Shown piece by piece: positions 29,428-40,986 of a stretch of 64,000 nucleotides of DNA (the first letter of the stretch is position 1; each line of letters begins with the position of its first letter). A program made the position numbers and the translations under genes. The notes below the pieces were generated by a model that ran no database searches, had not been told where the DNA came from, and saw nothing but the letters and a program-made list of their open reading frames with translations. The DNA comes from Escherichia coli (GTDB taxonomy: Bacteria > Pseudomonadota > Gammaproteobacteria > Enterobacterales > Enterobacteriaceae), in NCBI RefSeq assembly GCF_002854065.1, contig NZ_CP024147.1; one strand, given 5' to 3'.

Positions 29428-30597
29428 ATGATTTATATTTCCGCCGTCGGCATGATCAACGCCCTGGGAAATAACCTTGACGAAATCGCAACCAACCTGA
29501 CTCGCGGTGTTGCTCCCGGCATGCGCCCGCGCGCAGGCTGGTTGCAGGGGCATCCGCAGGCGGTCCTGGCTGGCGTGGATGGCGAGCTTCCGCTTATCCC
29601 GGAAAAATTCGCTGCGCACCGCTCGCGCAACAATCAGATCCTGCTGGCGGCGCTGGCGCAGATCCAGCCGCAGGTTGATGACGCTATCGCGAAATATGGT
29701 CGCGAGCGCATCGCGATTGTACTTGGCACCAGCACCTCCGGCCTGCATGAAGGCGACACGCACGTTAACCTGCGCACCCACGGGCAGCCGAGCACCACAT
29801 GGCACTACGCGCAACAGGAACTCGGCGATCCGTCGCGTTTTCTCAGCCACTGGCTGGCGCTCGACGGCCCGGCCTATACCCTTTCAACCGCCTGCTCTTC
29901 CAGCGCCAGAGCGATAATCAGCGGGCGCAGGCTTATCGAAGCGGGGCTGGTCGATGCCGCCATTGTGGGTGGCGCAGACACCCTGAGCCGGATGCCGATT
30001 AACGGTTTTCACAGCCTCGAATCGCTGTCGCCAACCTTATGTCAGCCGTTTGGTCGTGACCGCGCAGGTATCACCATTGGTGAAGGGGCGGGGCTAATGC
30101 TGCTGACCCGGGAACCGCAGCCCATCGCGTTGCTGGGCGTTGGTGAATCGAGCGACGCTTACCATATTTCGGCCCCGCATCCGCAGGGCGAAGGGGCGAT
30201 CCGCGCCATTAATCAGGCACTGACCGATGCGCAGCTTACGCCAGATGACGTCGGCTATATCAACCTGCACGGCACCGCCACGCAACTCAACGACCAGATT
30301 GAATCGATGGTGCTTAACGCCCTGTTTGGCGAACGCGTACCGTGCAGCTCCACCAAACATTTGACCGGCCACACGCTGGGCGCGGCGGGCATTACCGAAG
30401 CAGCAATCAGTATGTTGATCTTACAGCGTGATTTACCGCTGCCCGCCCAAGATTTCAGCCTGTCGCCACGCGATCCCACGCTGCCACCCTGCGGCATTAT
30501 CGAAAAACCGCAGCCGCTGGCTCGTCCGGTGATCCTGTCCAATTCCTTCGCCTTTGGCGGCAATAACGCCAGCATTCTGCTCGGGAGGGTTTCGTGA
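29428..30597 (+). CDS. apeO: Beta-ketoacyl-ACP synthase (KAS I/II-like), ApeO-like
   Basis: ORF 29419..30597 trimmed to ATG after AGGTGA RBS; catalytic Cys (LSTACSSSA), His (NLHGTAT), GHTLGAAG. Confidence 0.85.
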   Translation: MIYISAVGMINALGNNLDEIATNLTRGVAPGMRPRAGWLQGHPQAVLAGVDGELPLIPEKFAAHRSRNNQILLAALAQIQPQVDDAIAKYGRERIAIVLGTSTSGLHEGDTHVNLRTHGQPSTTWHYAQQELGDPSRFLSHWLALDGPAYTLSTACSSSARAIISGRRLIEAGLVDAAIVGGADTLSRMPINGFHSLESLSPTLCQPFGRDRAGITIGEGAGLMLLTREPQPIALLGVGESSDAYHISAPHPQGEGAIRAINQALTDAQLTPDDVGYINLHGTATQLNDQIESMVLNALFGERVPCSSTKHLTGHTLGAAGITEAAISMLILQRDLPLPAQDFSLSPRDPTLPPCGIIEKPQPLARPVILSNSFAFGGNNASILLGRVS

Positions 30598-31058
30598 GCC
30601 ACTATTTATCCCCCGGCGCTTATCTGCCCCACGACGCGCCCATGTTACTGCTGGAAGACGTGGTGAGCGTCAGCGATGACAGCGCGGTGTGCCGCGTGAC
30701 GGTTTCGCCCAGTGGCGTACTGGCACCGTTTCTCGACCCGGACGGCAATCTCCCCGGCTGGTTTGCCCTTGAACTGATGGCGCAAACCGTCGGCGTCTGG
30801 TCTGGCTGGCATCGCCACCAGCAGGGCAAAAACAGTATTGAGTTAGGGATGATACTGGGCGCGCGTGAATTGCTTTGCGCCGCTGGCATTCTGCCCGCAG
30901 GCCAGACGCTGACCATTACCGTCAAACTGCTGATGCAGGACGATCGCTTCGGCAGTTTTGAGTGCAGCATCAACGACGGCGAGGCGACGGGCCGCATTAA
31001 CACCTTCCAGCCGACCGCGGAAGAACTTACCACCCTGTTTCAACAAGGAGCGTCCTGA
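30594..31058 (+). CDS. apeP: Hotdog-fold dehydratase, ApeP-like
   Basis: 154 aa; apparent GTG start after GGGAGGG RBS, overlapping apeO stop. Confidence 0.65.
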   Translation: MSHYLSPGAYLPHDAPMLLLEDVVSVSDDSAVCRVTVSPSGVLAPFLDPDGNLPGWFALELMAQTVGVWSGWHRHQQGKNSIELGMILGARELLCAAGILPAGQTLTITVKLLMQDDRFGSFECSINDGEATGRINTFQPTAEELTTLFQQGAS

Positions 31059-31789
31059 TGAGTCGTTCAGTTCTGGTTACTGGTGCCAGCAAAGGCATTG
31101 GTCGCGCCATCGCCTGCCAACTGGCGGCAGACGGCTTTAACATTGGCGTTCACTATCACCGTGACGCCACAGGCGCTCAGGAAACGCTGAATGCCATTGT
31201 CGCCAACGGGGGTAACGGGCGTTTGCTCAGTTTCGACGTCGCAAACCGCGAACAGTGTCGGGAAGTGCTGGAGCATGAGATCGCGCAACACGGTGCCTGG
31301 TACGGCGTGGTCAGTAACGCCGGGATCGCCCGCGATGCCGCTTTTCCGGCTTTAAGCGATGACGACTGGGATGCGGTGATCCACACCAACCTCGACAGTT
31401 TCTACAACGTCATTCAGCCGTGCATTATGCCAATGATCGGCGCGCGCCAGGGTGGGCGCATCATCACGCTGTCCTCGGTTTCCGGCGTAATGGGCAATCG
31501 CGGCCAGGTGAATTACAGCGCAGCCAAAGCCGGAATTATCGGCGCAACTAAAGCGCTGGCTATCGAACTCGCGAAGCGCAAAATCACCGTCAACTGCATC
31601 GCGCCGGGGCTTATTGATACCGGGATGATCGAAATGGAAGAGAGCGCTCTGAAAGAGGCAATGTCGATGATCCCCATGAAACGTATGGGCCAGGCGGAAG
31701 AAGTTGCCGGGCTTGCCAGTTATTTAATGTCTGATATTGCGGGTTACGTCACCCGCCAGGTTATTTCCATCAACGGAGGGATGTTATGA
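31058..31789 (+). CDS. apeQ: SDR-family 3-oxoacyl-ACP reductase (FabG-like), ApeQ-like
   Basis: 243 aa; TGASKGIGRAI cofactor motif, catalytic YSAAKAG. Confidence 0.9.
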   Translation: MSRSVLVTGASKGIGRAIACQLAADGFNIGVHYHRDATGAQETLNAIVANGGNGRLLSFDVANREQCREVLEHEIAQHGAWYGVVSNAGIARDAAFPALSDDDWDAVIHTNLDSFYNVIQPCIMPMIGARQGGRIITLSSVSGVMGNRGQVNYSAAKAGIIGATKALAIELAKRKITVNCIAPGLIDTGMIEMEESALKEAMSMIPMKRMGQAEEVAGLASYLMSDIAGYVTRQVISINGGML

Positions 31790-33015
31790 CACGTCGCGTA
31801 GTGATTACAGGAATGGGCGGCGTGACTGCCTTTGGTGAAAACTGGCAGGACGTTTCTGCACGCTTACTGGCGTATGAAAATGCGGTGCGCAAAATGCCGG
31901 AGTGGCAGGTCTACGATGGCCTGCACACCCTGCTTGGCGCGCCTGTTGATGATTTCACGCTACCGGAGCACTATACCCGCAAGCGTATCCGTGCGATGGG
32001 CCGCGTATCGCAAATGTCGACCCGTGCCAGCGAGCTGGCGTTAGAGCAGGCAGGGTTGATTGGCGATCCGATATTAACCAGCGGCGAAACGGGCATTGCG
32101 TACGGTTCATCGACCGGCAGTACCGGCCCGGTAAGCGAGTTCGCCACCATGCTGACGGAAAAGCACACCAATAACATCACTGGCACCACCTATGTGCAGA
32201 TGATGCCGCACACCACCGCCGTTAATACTGGCCTCTTTTTCGGCCTGCGCGGGCGGGTGATCCCAACCTCCAGCGCCTGTACTTCCGGCAGCCAGGCAAT
32301 CGGTTATGCGTGGGAAGCCATTCGCCACGGTTATCAAACGGTGATGGTTGCTGGTGGTGCCGAAGAGTTATGTCCTTCAGAAGCAGCGGTATTTGATACG
32401 CTTTTCGCCACCAGCCAGCACAATGATGCGCCGAAAACCACACCTTCACCGTTCGATGAAAACCGCGACGGGCTGGTGATTGGTGAAGGCGCAGGTACGC
32501 TCATTCTCGAAGAACTGGAGCACGCCAAAGCGCGCGGCGCGACCATTTACGGTGAAATCGTCGGCTTTGCGACTAACTGCGACGCGGCACATATTACCCA
32601 GCCGCAGCGCGAAACCATGCAGTATTGTATGGAGCAATCGCTGAAAATCGCCGGGTTAAGCGCACAAGATATCGGCTATATTTCAGCGCATGGTACGGCG
32701 ACCGATCGCGGTGATATGGCAGAAAGTCTGGCGACAGCAACCATTTACGGTGATAATGTGCCGCTCTCCTCGCTGAAAAGTTATTTTGGTCATACGCTTG
32801 GTGCCTGTGGCGCGCTCGAAGCCTGGATGAGTCTGCAAATGATGCGCGAAGGTTGGTTTGCGCCTACGCTAAACCTGAATAAACCAGACCCGAATTGTGG
32901 CGCGCTGGATTACATCATGCATGAAGCCCGCAAGGTTGATTGTGAGTTTTTGCAGAGTAACAACTTTGCCTTTGGCGGCATTAATACATCCATCATCATT
33001 AAACGTTGGCCCTGA
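31786..33015 (+). CDS. apeR: Beta-ketoacyl-ACP synthase II-like, ApeR-like
   Basis: 409 aa; MTRRVVITGMGG N-terminus, catalytic Cys (SSACTSGS), His (SAHGTAT), GHTLGACG. Confidence 0.9.
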   Translation: MTRRVVITGMGGVTAFGENWQDVSARLLAYENAVRKMPEWQVYDGLHTLLGAPVDDFTLPEHYTRKRIRAMGRVSQMSTRASELALEQAGLIGDPILTSGETGIAYGSSTGSTGPVSEFATMLTEKHTNNITGTTYVQMMPHTTAVNTGLFFGLRGRVIPTSSACTSGSQAIGYAWEAIRHGYQTVMVAGGAEELCPSEAAVFDTLFATSQHNDAPKTTPSPFDENRDGLVIGEGAGTLILEELEHAKARGATIYGEIVGFATNCDAAHITQPQRETMQYCMEQSLKIAGLSAQDIGYISAHGTATDRGDMAESLATATIYGDNVPLSSLKSYFGHTLGACGALEAWMSLQMMREGWFAPTLNLNKPDPNCGALDYIMHEARKVDCEFLQSNNFAFGGINTSIIIKRWP

Positions 33016-33016
33016 T

Positions 33017-33604
33017 ATGTATCGGATAGTTCTGGGGAAAGTTTCGACCTTAAGCGCAGCTCCACTGCCACCGGGTTTACGCGAGCAAGCACCGCAAGGT
33101 CCACGACGCGAACGCTGGCTGGCGGGGCGTGCATTGCTTTCGCACACGCTTTCCCCGCTACCGGAGATCATCTATGGCGAACAAGGCAAACCTGCATTCG
33201 CGCCGGAAACGCCGCTATGGTTCAACTTAAGCCATAGCGGTGACGATATCGCCCTGCTGTTGAGTGATGAAGGCGAAGTCGGCTGCGATATCGAAGTGAT
33301 TCGCCCGCGCGCCAACTGGCGCTGGCTGGCGAACGCCGTGTTCAGCCTCGGGGAACACGCTGAAATGGACGCCGTGCATCCTGATCAGCAACTGGAAATG
33401 TTCTGGCGCATCTGGACGCGCAAAGAAGCCATCGTTAAACAGCGTGGCGGCAGCGCCTGGCAAATCGTCAGCGTAGACAGCACCTATCACTCCTCGCTGT
33501 CAGTCAGCCATTGTCAGCTAGAAAATTTAAGCCTTGCGATCTGCACCCCCACCCCCTTTACGCTCACCGCCGACAGTGTGCAATGGATCGATTCAGTTAA
33601 CTGA
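33017..33604 (+). CDS. acpT: 4'-phosphopantetheinyl transferase AcpT
   Basis: ORF 32897..33604 trimmed to MYRIVLGKVSTLSAAPLPPGL... (195 aa); starts ~1 bp after apeR stop. Confidence 0.9.
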   Translation: MYRIVLGKVSTLSAAPLPPGLREQAPQGPRRERWLAGRALLSHTLSPLPEIIYGEQGKPAFAPETPLWFNLSHSGDDIALLLSDEGEVGCDIEVIRPRANWRWLANAVFSLGEHAEMDAVHPDQQLEMFWRIWTRKEAIVKQRGGSAWQIVSVDSTYHSSLSVSHCQLENLSLAICTPTPFTLTADSVQWIDSVN

Positions 33605-33649
33605 TCCCGCCCACCCGACTGCCCATCTATTGATCCAGAACAGGTAATC

Positions 33650-33679
33650 AGTATGACGAATACTTAAAATCGTCATACT
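33650..33679 (+). promoter_or_regulatory. NikR operator in the nikA promoter
   Basis: GTATGA-N16-TCATAC dyad ~40 nt upstream of nikA ATG; a possible FNR half-site (TTGATccagAACAG) lies just upstream. Confidence 0.8.
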
Positions 33680-33715
33680 TATTTCCGCCATCTATTTTAA
33701 TCCATTGGGGTTACC

Positions 33716-35290
33716 ATGCTCTCCACACTCCGCCGCACTCTATTTGCGCTGCTGGCTTGTGCGTCTTTTATCGTCCATGCCGCTGCACCAGATGAAATCA
33801 CCACCGCCTGGCCGGTGAATGTCGGGCCACTAAACCCGCACCTTTACACGCCTAACCAGATGTTCGCCCAGAGCATGGTTTATGAACCGCTGGTGAAATA
33901 TCAGGCTGATGGTTCGGTGATCCCGTGGCTGGCAAAAAGCTGGACTCATTCAGAAGATGGTAAAACCTGGACCTTCACCCTGCGTGATGACGTGAAATTC
34001 TCCAACGGCGAACCGTTTGATGCAGAGGCGGCGGCAGAAAACTTCCGCGCAGTGCTCGATAACCGTCAACGTCACGCCTGGCTGGAGCTGGCAAACCAGA
34101 TTGTTGATGTTAAAGCACTCAGTAAAACAGAGCTGCAAATCACCCTGAAAAGCGCCTACTATCCTTTCCTGCAAGAACTGGCCCTGCCGCGCCCTTTCCG
34201 CTTTATCGCCCCCTCGCAGTTTAAAAACCATGAAACCATGAACGGGATTAAAGCGCCGATTGGCACCGGGCCGTGGGTTTTGCAGGAATCGAAACTGAAT
34301 CAGTACGATGTCTTCGTCCGTAACGAAAACTACTGGGGCGAAAAGCCGGCAATTAAGAAGATCACTTTTAACGTCATCCCGGACCCGACTACCCGCGCGG
34401 TGGCGTTTGAAACTGGCGATATCGACCTGCTGTACGGAAACGAAGGGTTATTACCGCTCGATACCTTCGCCCGCTTTAGCCAGAACCCGGCTTACCACAC
34501 CCAACTGTCACAGCCGATCGAAACCGTGATGCTGGCGCTCAATACCGCCAAAGCCCCCACCAACGAGCTGGCAGTACGTGAAGCTCTTAATTACGCGGTA
34601 AACAAAAAATCGCTGATTGATAACGCGTTATATGGCACCCAGCAGGTCGCCGACACTCTGTTTGCCCCTTCTGTGCCTTACGCTAATCTCGGCCTGAAAC
34701 CGCGCCAGTACGATCCGCAGAAAGCGAAAGCGTTGCTGGAAAAAGCCGGTTGGACGCTGCCTGCGGGCAAAGACATCCGCGAGAAAAATGGTCAGCCGCT
34801 GCGCATTGAACTGTCGTTCATCGGCACCGATGCGTTAAGCAAATCGATGGCGGAAATCATTCAGGCTGATATGCGCCAGATTGGCGCAGATGTCTCGCTG
34901 ATTGGCGAAGAAGAGAGCAGTATCTATGCTCGTCAGCGCGACGGTCGTTTTGGCATGATTTTCCACCGCACCTGGGGCGCGCCATATGATCCACACGCCT
35001 TCCTGAGTTCAATGCGCGTACCGTCACACGCTGACTTCCAGGCACAGCAAGGATTAGCCGACAAACCGCTGATTGATAAAGAGATCGGCGAAGTGCTGGC
35101 GACCCATGACGAAACGCAACGTCAGGCGCTGTATCGCGACATTCTGACCCGTCTGCATGACGAGGCGGTTTATCTGCCTATCAGTTACATCTCAATGATG
35201 GTGGTATCAAAACCGGAGCTGGGTAACATCCCCTACGCGCCGATCGCCACCGAAATTCCGTTCGAACAGATTAAACCGGTGAAACCTTAA
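33716..35290 (+). CDS. nikA: Nickel ABC transporter periplasmic binding protein NikA
   Basis: 524 aa with signal peptide; recognised NikA. Confidence 0.95.
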   Translation: MLSTLRRTLFALLACASFIVHAAAPDEITTAWPVNVGPLNPHLYTPNQMFAQSMVYEPLVKYQADGSVIPWLAKSWTHSEDGKTWTFTLRDDVKFSNGEPFDAEAAAENFRAVLDNRQRHAWLELANQIVDVKALSKTELQITLKSAYYPFLQELALPRPFRFIAPSQFKNHETMNGIKAPIGTGPWVLQESKLNQYDVFVRNENYWGEKPAIKKITFNVIPDPTTRAVAFETGDIDLLYGNEGLLPLDTFARFSQNPAYHTQLSQPIETVMLALNTAKAPTNELAVREALNYAVNKKSLIDNALYGTQQVADTLFAPSVPYANLGLKPRQYDPQKAKALLEKAGWTLPAGKDIREKNGQPLRIELSFIGTDALSKSMAEIIQADMRQIGADVSLIGEEESSIYARQRDGRFGMIFHRTWGAPYDPHAFLSSMRVPSHADFQAQQGLADKPLIDKEIGEVLATHDETQRQALYRDILTRLHDEAVYLPISYISMMVVSKPELGNIPYAPIATEIPFEQIKPVKP

Positions 35291-36230
35291 TGTTGCGTTA
35301 CGTATTACGCCGCTTTCTGCTGCTGCTCCCCATGGTGCTCGCCGCCTCGGTGATCATTTTTCTGATGCTGCGTCTCGGTACCGGCGACCCGGCGCTCGAT
35401 TATTTGCGTCTGTCTAACCTGCCGCCGACGCCGGAGATGCTGGCCTCTACCCGCACCATGCTGGGACTGGATCAGCCGCTGTACGTCCAGTACGGTACCT
35501 GGTTGTGGAAGGCGCTGCATCTTGACTTTGGTATCTCATTCGCCAGCCAACGCCCGGTGCTGGACGATATGCTGAACTTCCTGCCCGCCACGCTGGAACT
35601 TGCAGGTGCCGCGCTGGTATTAATTCTGCTCACTTCTGTGCCGCTCGGTATCTGGGCGGCGCGCCATCGCGATCGTCTGCCGGATTTCGCCGTACGTTTC
35701 ATCGCGTTTCTCGGCGTGTCGATGCCCAACTTCTGGCTGGCATTTTTACTGGTGATGGCGTTTTCGGTGTATCTGCAATGGCTACCCGCGATGGGCTACG
35801 GCGGCTGGCAGCACATCATTTTGCCTGCGGTTTCCATTGCCTTTATGTCGCTGGCGATTAACGCACGGCTGCTGCGCGCCAGTATGCTGGACGTCGCCGG
35901 TCAGCGTCACGTCACCTGGGCGCGGCTACGCGGCCTGAATGACAAACAGACCGAGCGTCGTCATATTCTGCGCAATGCCTCGCTGCCGATGATCACCGCC
36001 GTGGGGATGCACATTGGCGAACTGATTGGCGGGACGATGATTATCGAAAACATCTTTGCCTGGCCCGGCGTCGGGCGCTATGCGGTGTCGGCGATTTTTA
36101 ACCGTGACTATCCGGTGATCCAGTGCTTTACGCTGATGATGGTGGTGGTTTTTGTGGTCTGTAATTTGATTGTCGATTTGCTCAACGCCGCGCTGGACCC
36201 ACGCATTCGTCGTCATGAAGGAGCGCACGC

Positions 36231-36234
<4 letters not shown>
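35290..36234 (+). CDS. nikB: Nickel ABC transporter permease NikB
   Basis: 314 aa; operon position and permease topology. Confidence 0.93.
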
Positions 36235-39038
<2,804 letters not shown>

Positions 39039-39067
39039 GTTATTTCTGAAACGAGGAAAGAAAAGAT

Positions 39068-39104
39068 ATTAACTGAACTTAATTTATAAAATTAAGTTCA
39101 GTTG
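39068..39104. terminator. Perfect 13-bp inverted repeat between convergent nikR and hicB-like gene
   Basis: aactgaacttaat-N7-attaagttcagtt; T-rich flank on the minus-strand side. Confidence 0.5.
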
Positions 39105-39157
39105 CATAGATAGATCCTGTAAAGGCAGATATTCTGCGTAATGTACGCCGCTAAAAT

Positions 39158-39517
39158 TTATAAATGATTCAAACGCTCATTCAGTGTTTCAATAATATAG
39201 GTATTAACAGAGACTTGTTGCTGCGCAGCCGCATTATTAAGGCGTTCACTCAGCGATTCTGGATAGCGTAACGTAAAGGTCTTAATCTTTTCTGTACGCG
39301 CATACGGCTCAATACCCGCAGCTTTACAATCCTCAAGATACTCTCGCAGAGAAAGTTCCCCTTCTTTTTGCAGCCCCTGAATGCTGTCAGAGACAAAATC
39401 ACAATAACCTGACAAGCCCAGGAATTTGCCACGAAATGCATTCAGTTCTGGCACGTAAGTGATAACAGCAGGTTGCCCGGCAATCTCCATAGAGTTTGGC
39501 GTCTTCAGTTTGATCAT
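39158..39517 (-). CDS. HicB-family antitoxin (HicB-like N-domain + C-terminal ribbon-helix-helix)
   Basis: 119 aa; central FRGKFLGLSGYCDFVSDSIQGL...EPYARTEKIKTFTLRYPESL and C-terminal LSERLNNAAAQQQVSVNTYIIETLNERL fit the HicB pattern; overlaps toxin gene by 4 nt. Confidence 0.65.
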   Translation of the reverse strand: MIKLKTPNSMEIAGQPAVITYVPELNAFRGKFLGLSGYCDFVSDSIQGLQKEGELSLREYLEDCKAAGIEPYARTEKIKTFTLRYPESLSERLNNAAAQQQVSVNTYIIETLNERLNHL

Positions 39518-39789
39518 GGTTTTACCCCTATACTTAGTAACCAGTCACGCACGCTTTCTACAGCGCCTTTGTCGGTATCTGGCGACGGATGAGGCCGATG
39601 GAAACACGCAACGCTCATATTTAGTATGAACTTACAACGCGAACCTCTTCCTTCCTTAATTTCTCCGCCTAATGCTTTAACCAGTGACTCTATATCAGAC
39701 CACTTGATCCCTTGAGGAACAGGAGATTTAAATATTTGATCCAATGTATTTTTTTGTTTCTTCCGTAAAGCCTGTACCTTGGTTCTCAT
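39514..39789 (-). CDS. HicA-family mRNA-interferase toxin (YcfA-like)
   Basis: 91 aa; C-terminal ...GSRCKFILNMSVACFHRPHP...VESVRDWLLSIGV resembles HicA (KGSHxxF...P.HP...I...LG); N-terminal extension means the real start may be internal. Confidence 0.6.
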   Translation of the reverse strand: MRTKVQALRKKQKNTLDQIFKSPVPQGIKWSDIESLVKALGGEIKEGRGSRCKFILNMSVACFHRPHPSPDTDKGAVESVRDWLLSIGVKP

Positions 39790-39797
39790 GGCATGTC

Positions 39798-39851
39798 CTT
39801 ATGACTTCACTTTATGACATCAATAGTATGACATCACAGTATGAAGTCAAG
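39798..39851 (-). promoter_or_regulatory. Putative hicAB promoter/operator: four tandem ~13-bp repeats
   Basis: tatgacttca / tatgacatca / tatgacatca / tatgaagtca at ~13-bp periodicity in the 72-bp gap between yhhJ stop and hicA start. Confidence 0.4.
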
Positions 39852-39861
39852 TTTCCCTTCC

Positions 39862-40986
39862 TCACGCCATTGTCCCAATCGTCTTCCTGAATCGCAGCAG
39901 TGCGATGGTGAAAAACGCGCCGCCAATTGCCATCAGCGTCAGGAACTGCGGCCAGACGATTTCGAATCCGGCACCCCGGTAGAGAATGGCCTGCGCGAGG
40001 CTAACAAAGTGTGTCGTCGGCATGGTCAGCATAATGTCCTGCACCATCTGCGGCATACTTTCGCGCGGCGTGGAGCCACCGGAAAGCATTTGCAGCGGCA
40101 GCAGCACCAGAATCACCAGCAGCCCCAGTTGCGGCATTGAACGCGCTATCGTCCCCATAAAAATGCCGATTGACGTGGTGGCAAACAGACTGAGCGCCAC
40201 GCCCAGCATAAACAGCGGGATCGAGCCTTCAATCGGTACGCCCAGCACGCCTTTCACCATCAGCACCAGCGATAATCCCGATACCACCAGCACCACCAGC
40301 CCCATCGACCAGACCTTAGCCATCATGATCTCAAACGGCGTTATCGGCATCACCAGTAAATGTTCCACCGTGCCGTGTTCACGCTCGCGGATCAGCGCCG
40401 ATCCGGTCAATACAATCGCCAGCATGGTAATGTTGTTGATGATTGCCATCACCCCGCCAAACCACGCGGGATCAAGGTTCGGGTTAAAGCGCATCCGGGT
40501 TTCCAGCGATACCAACGGTTCGCTGTTATCGCGGTAGCGCGCGACAAAGCTGTTCACTTCACCGTTGATAATATTCTGGATATACCCGTTGCCGGTAAAT
40601 GCCTGGCTCATGCGCGTGGCATCGACGTTCACCTGAATATCTGGCTGGCGTCCAGCGAGGACATCACGCTGAAAATTAGGCGGAATATTTATCGCGAAGG
40701 TATAGCGTCCGGCGTCCAGTCCGGCATCCATCTCATCGGCGGTGATCATCTCCGGTGGCAAAAACCACGGGCGATAGAAGCTGTTAACGATCCGATTCGA
40801 TAACTGCGATTGATCCATATCGGCAATGGCGATCGGTGCCAGGTTCAACGATCCTGGCGTAACGGTCGCTGACGAATACACCGACACCGTAAACGAGAAG
40901 ACAATCAATGTCAGCATCGCTTTATCACCGAGTAGACTGCGCAACTCTTTGATACCCAGATTAAAAATATTGCGTAAATGGCGCAT
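39862..40986 (-). CDS. yhhJ: ABC-2 type transporter permease YhhJ
   Basis: ORF 39862..41070 trimmed to [30 protein letters not shown]...; start overlaps rbbA stop. Confidence 0.85.
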   Translation of the reverse strand: MRHLRNIFNLGIKELRSLLGDKAMLTLIVFSFTVSVYSSATVTPGSLNLAPIAIADMDQSQLSNRIVNSFYRPWFLPPEMITADEMDAGLDAGRYTFAINIPPNFQRDVLAGRQPDIQVNVDATRMSQAFTGNGYIQNIINGEVNSFVARYRDNSEPLVSLETRMRFNPNLDPAWFGGVMAIINNITMLAIVLTGSALIREREHGTVEHLLVMPITPFEIMMAKVWSMGLVVLVVSGLSLVLMVKGVLGVPIEGSIPLFMLGVALSLFATTSIGIFMGTIARSMPQLGLLVILVLLPLQMLSGGSTPRESMPQMVQDIMLTMPTTHFVSLAQAILYRGAGFEIVWPQFLTLMAIGGAFFTIALLRFRKTIGTMA

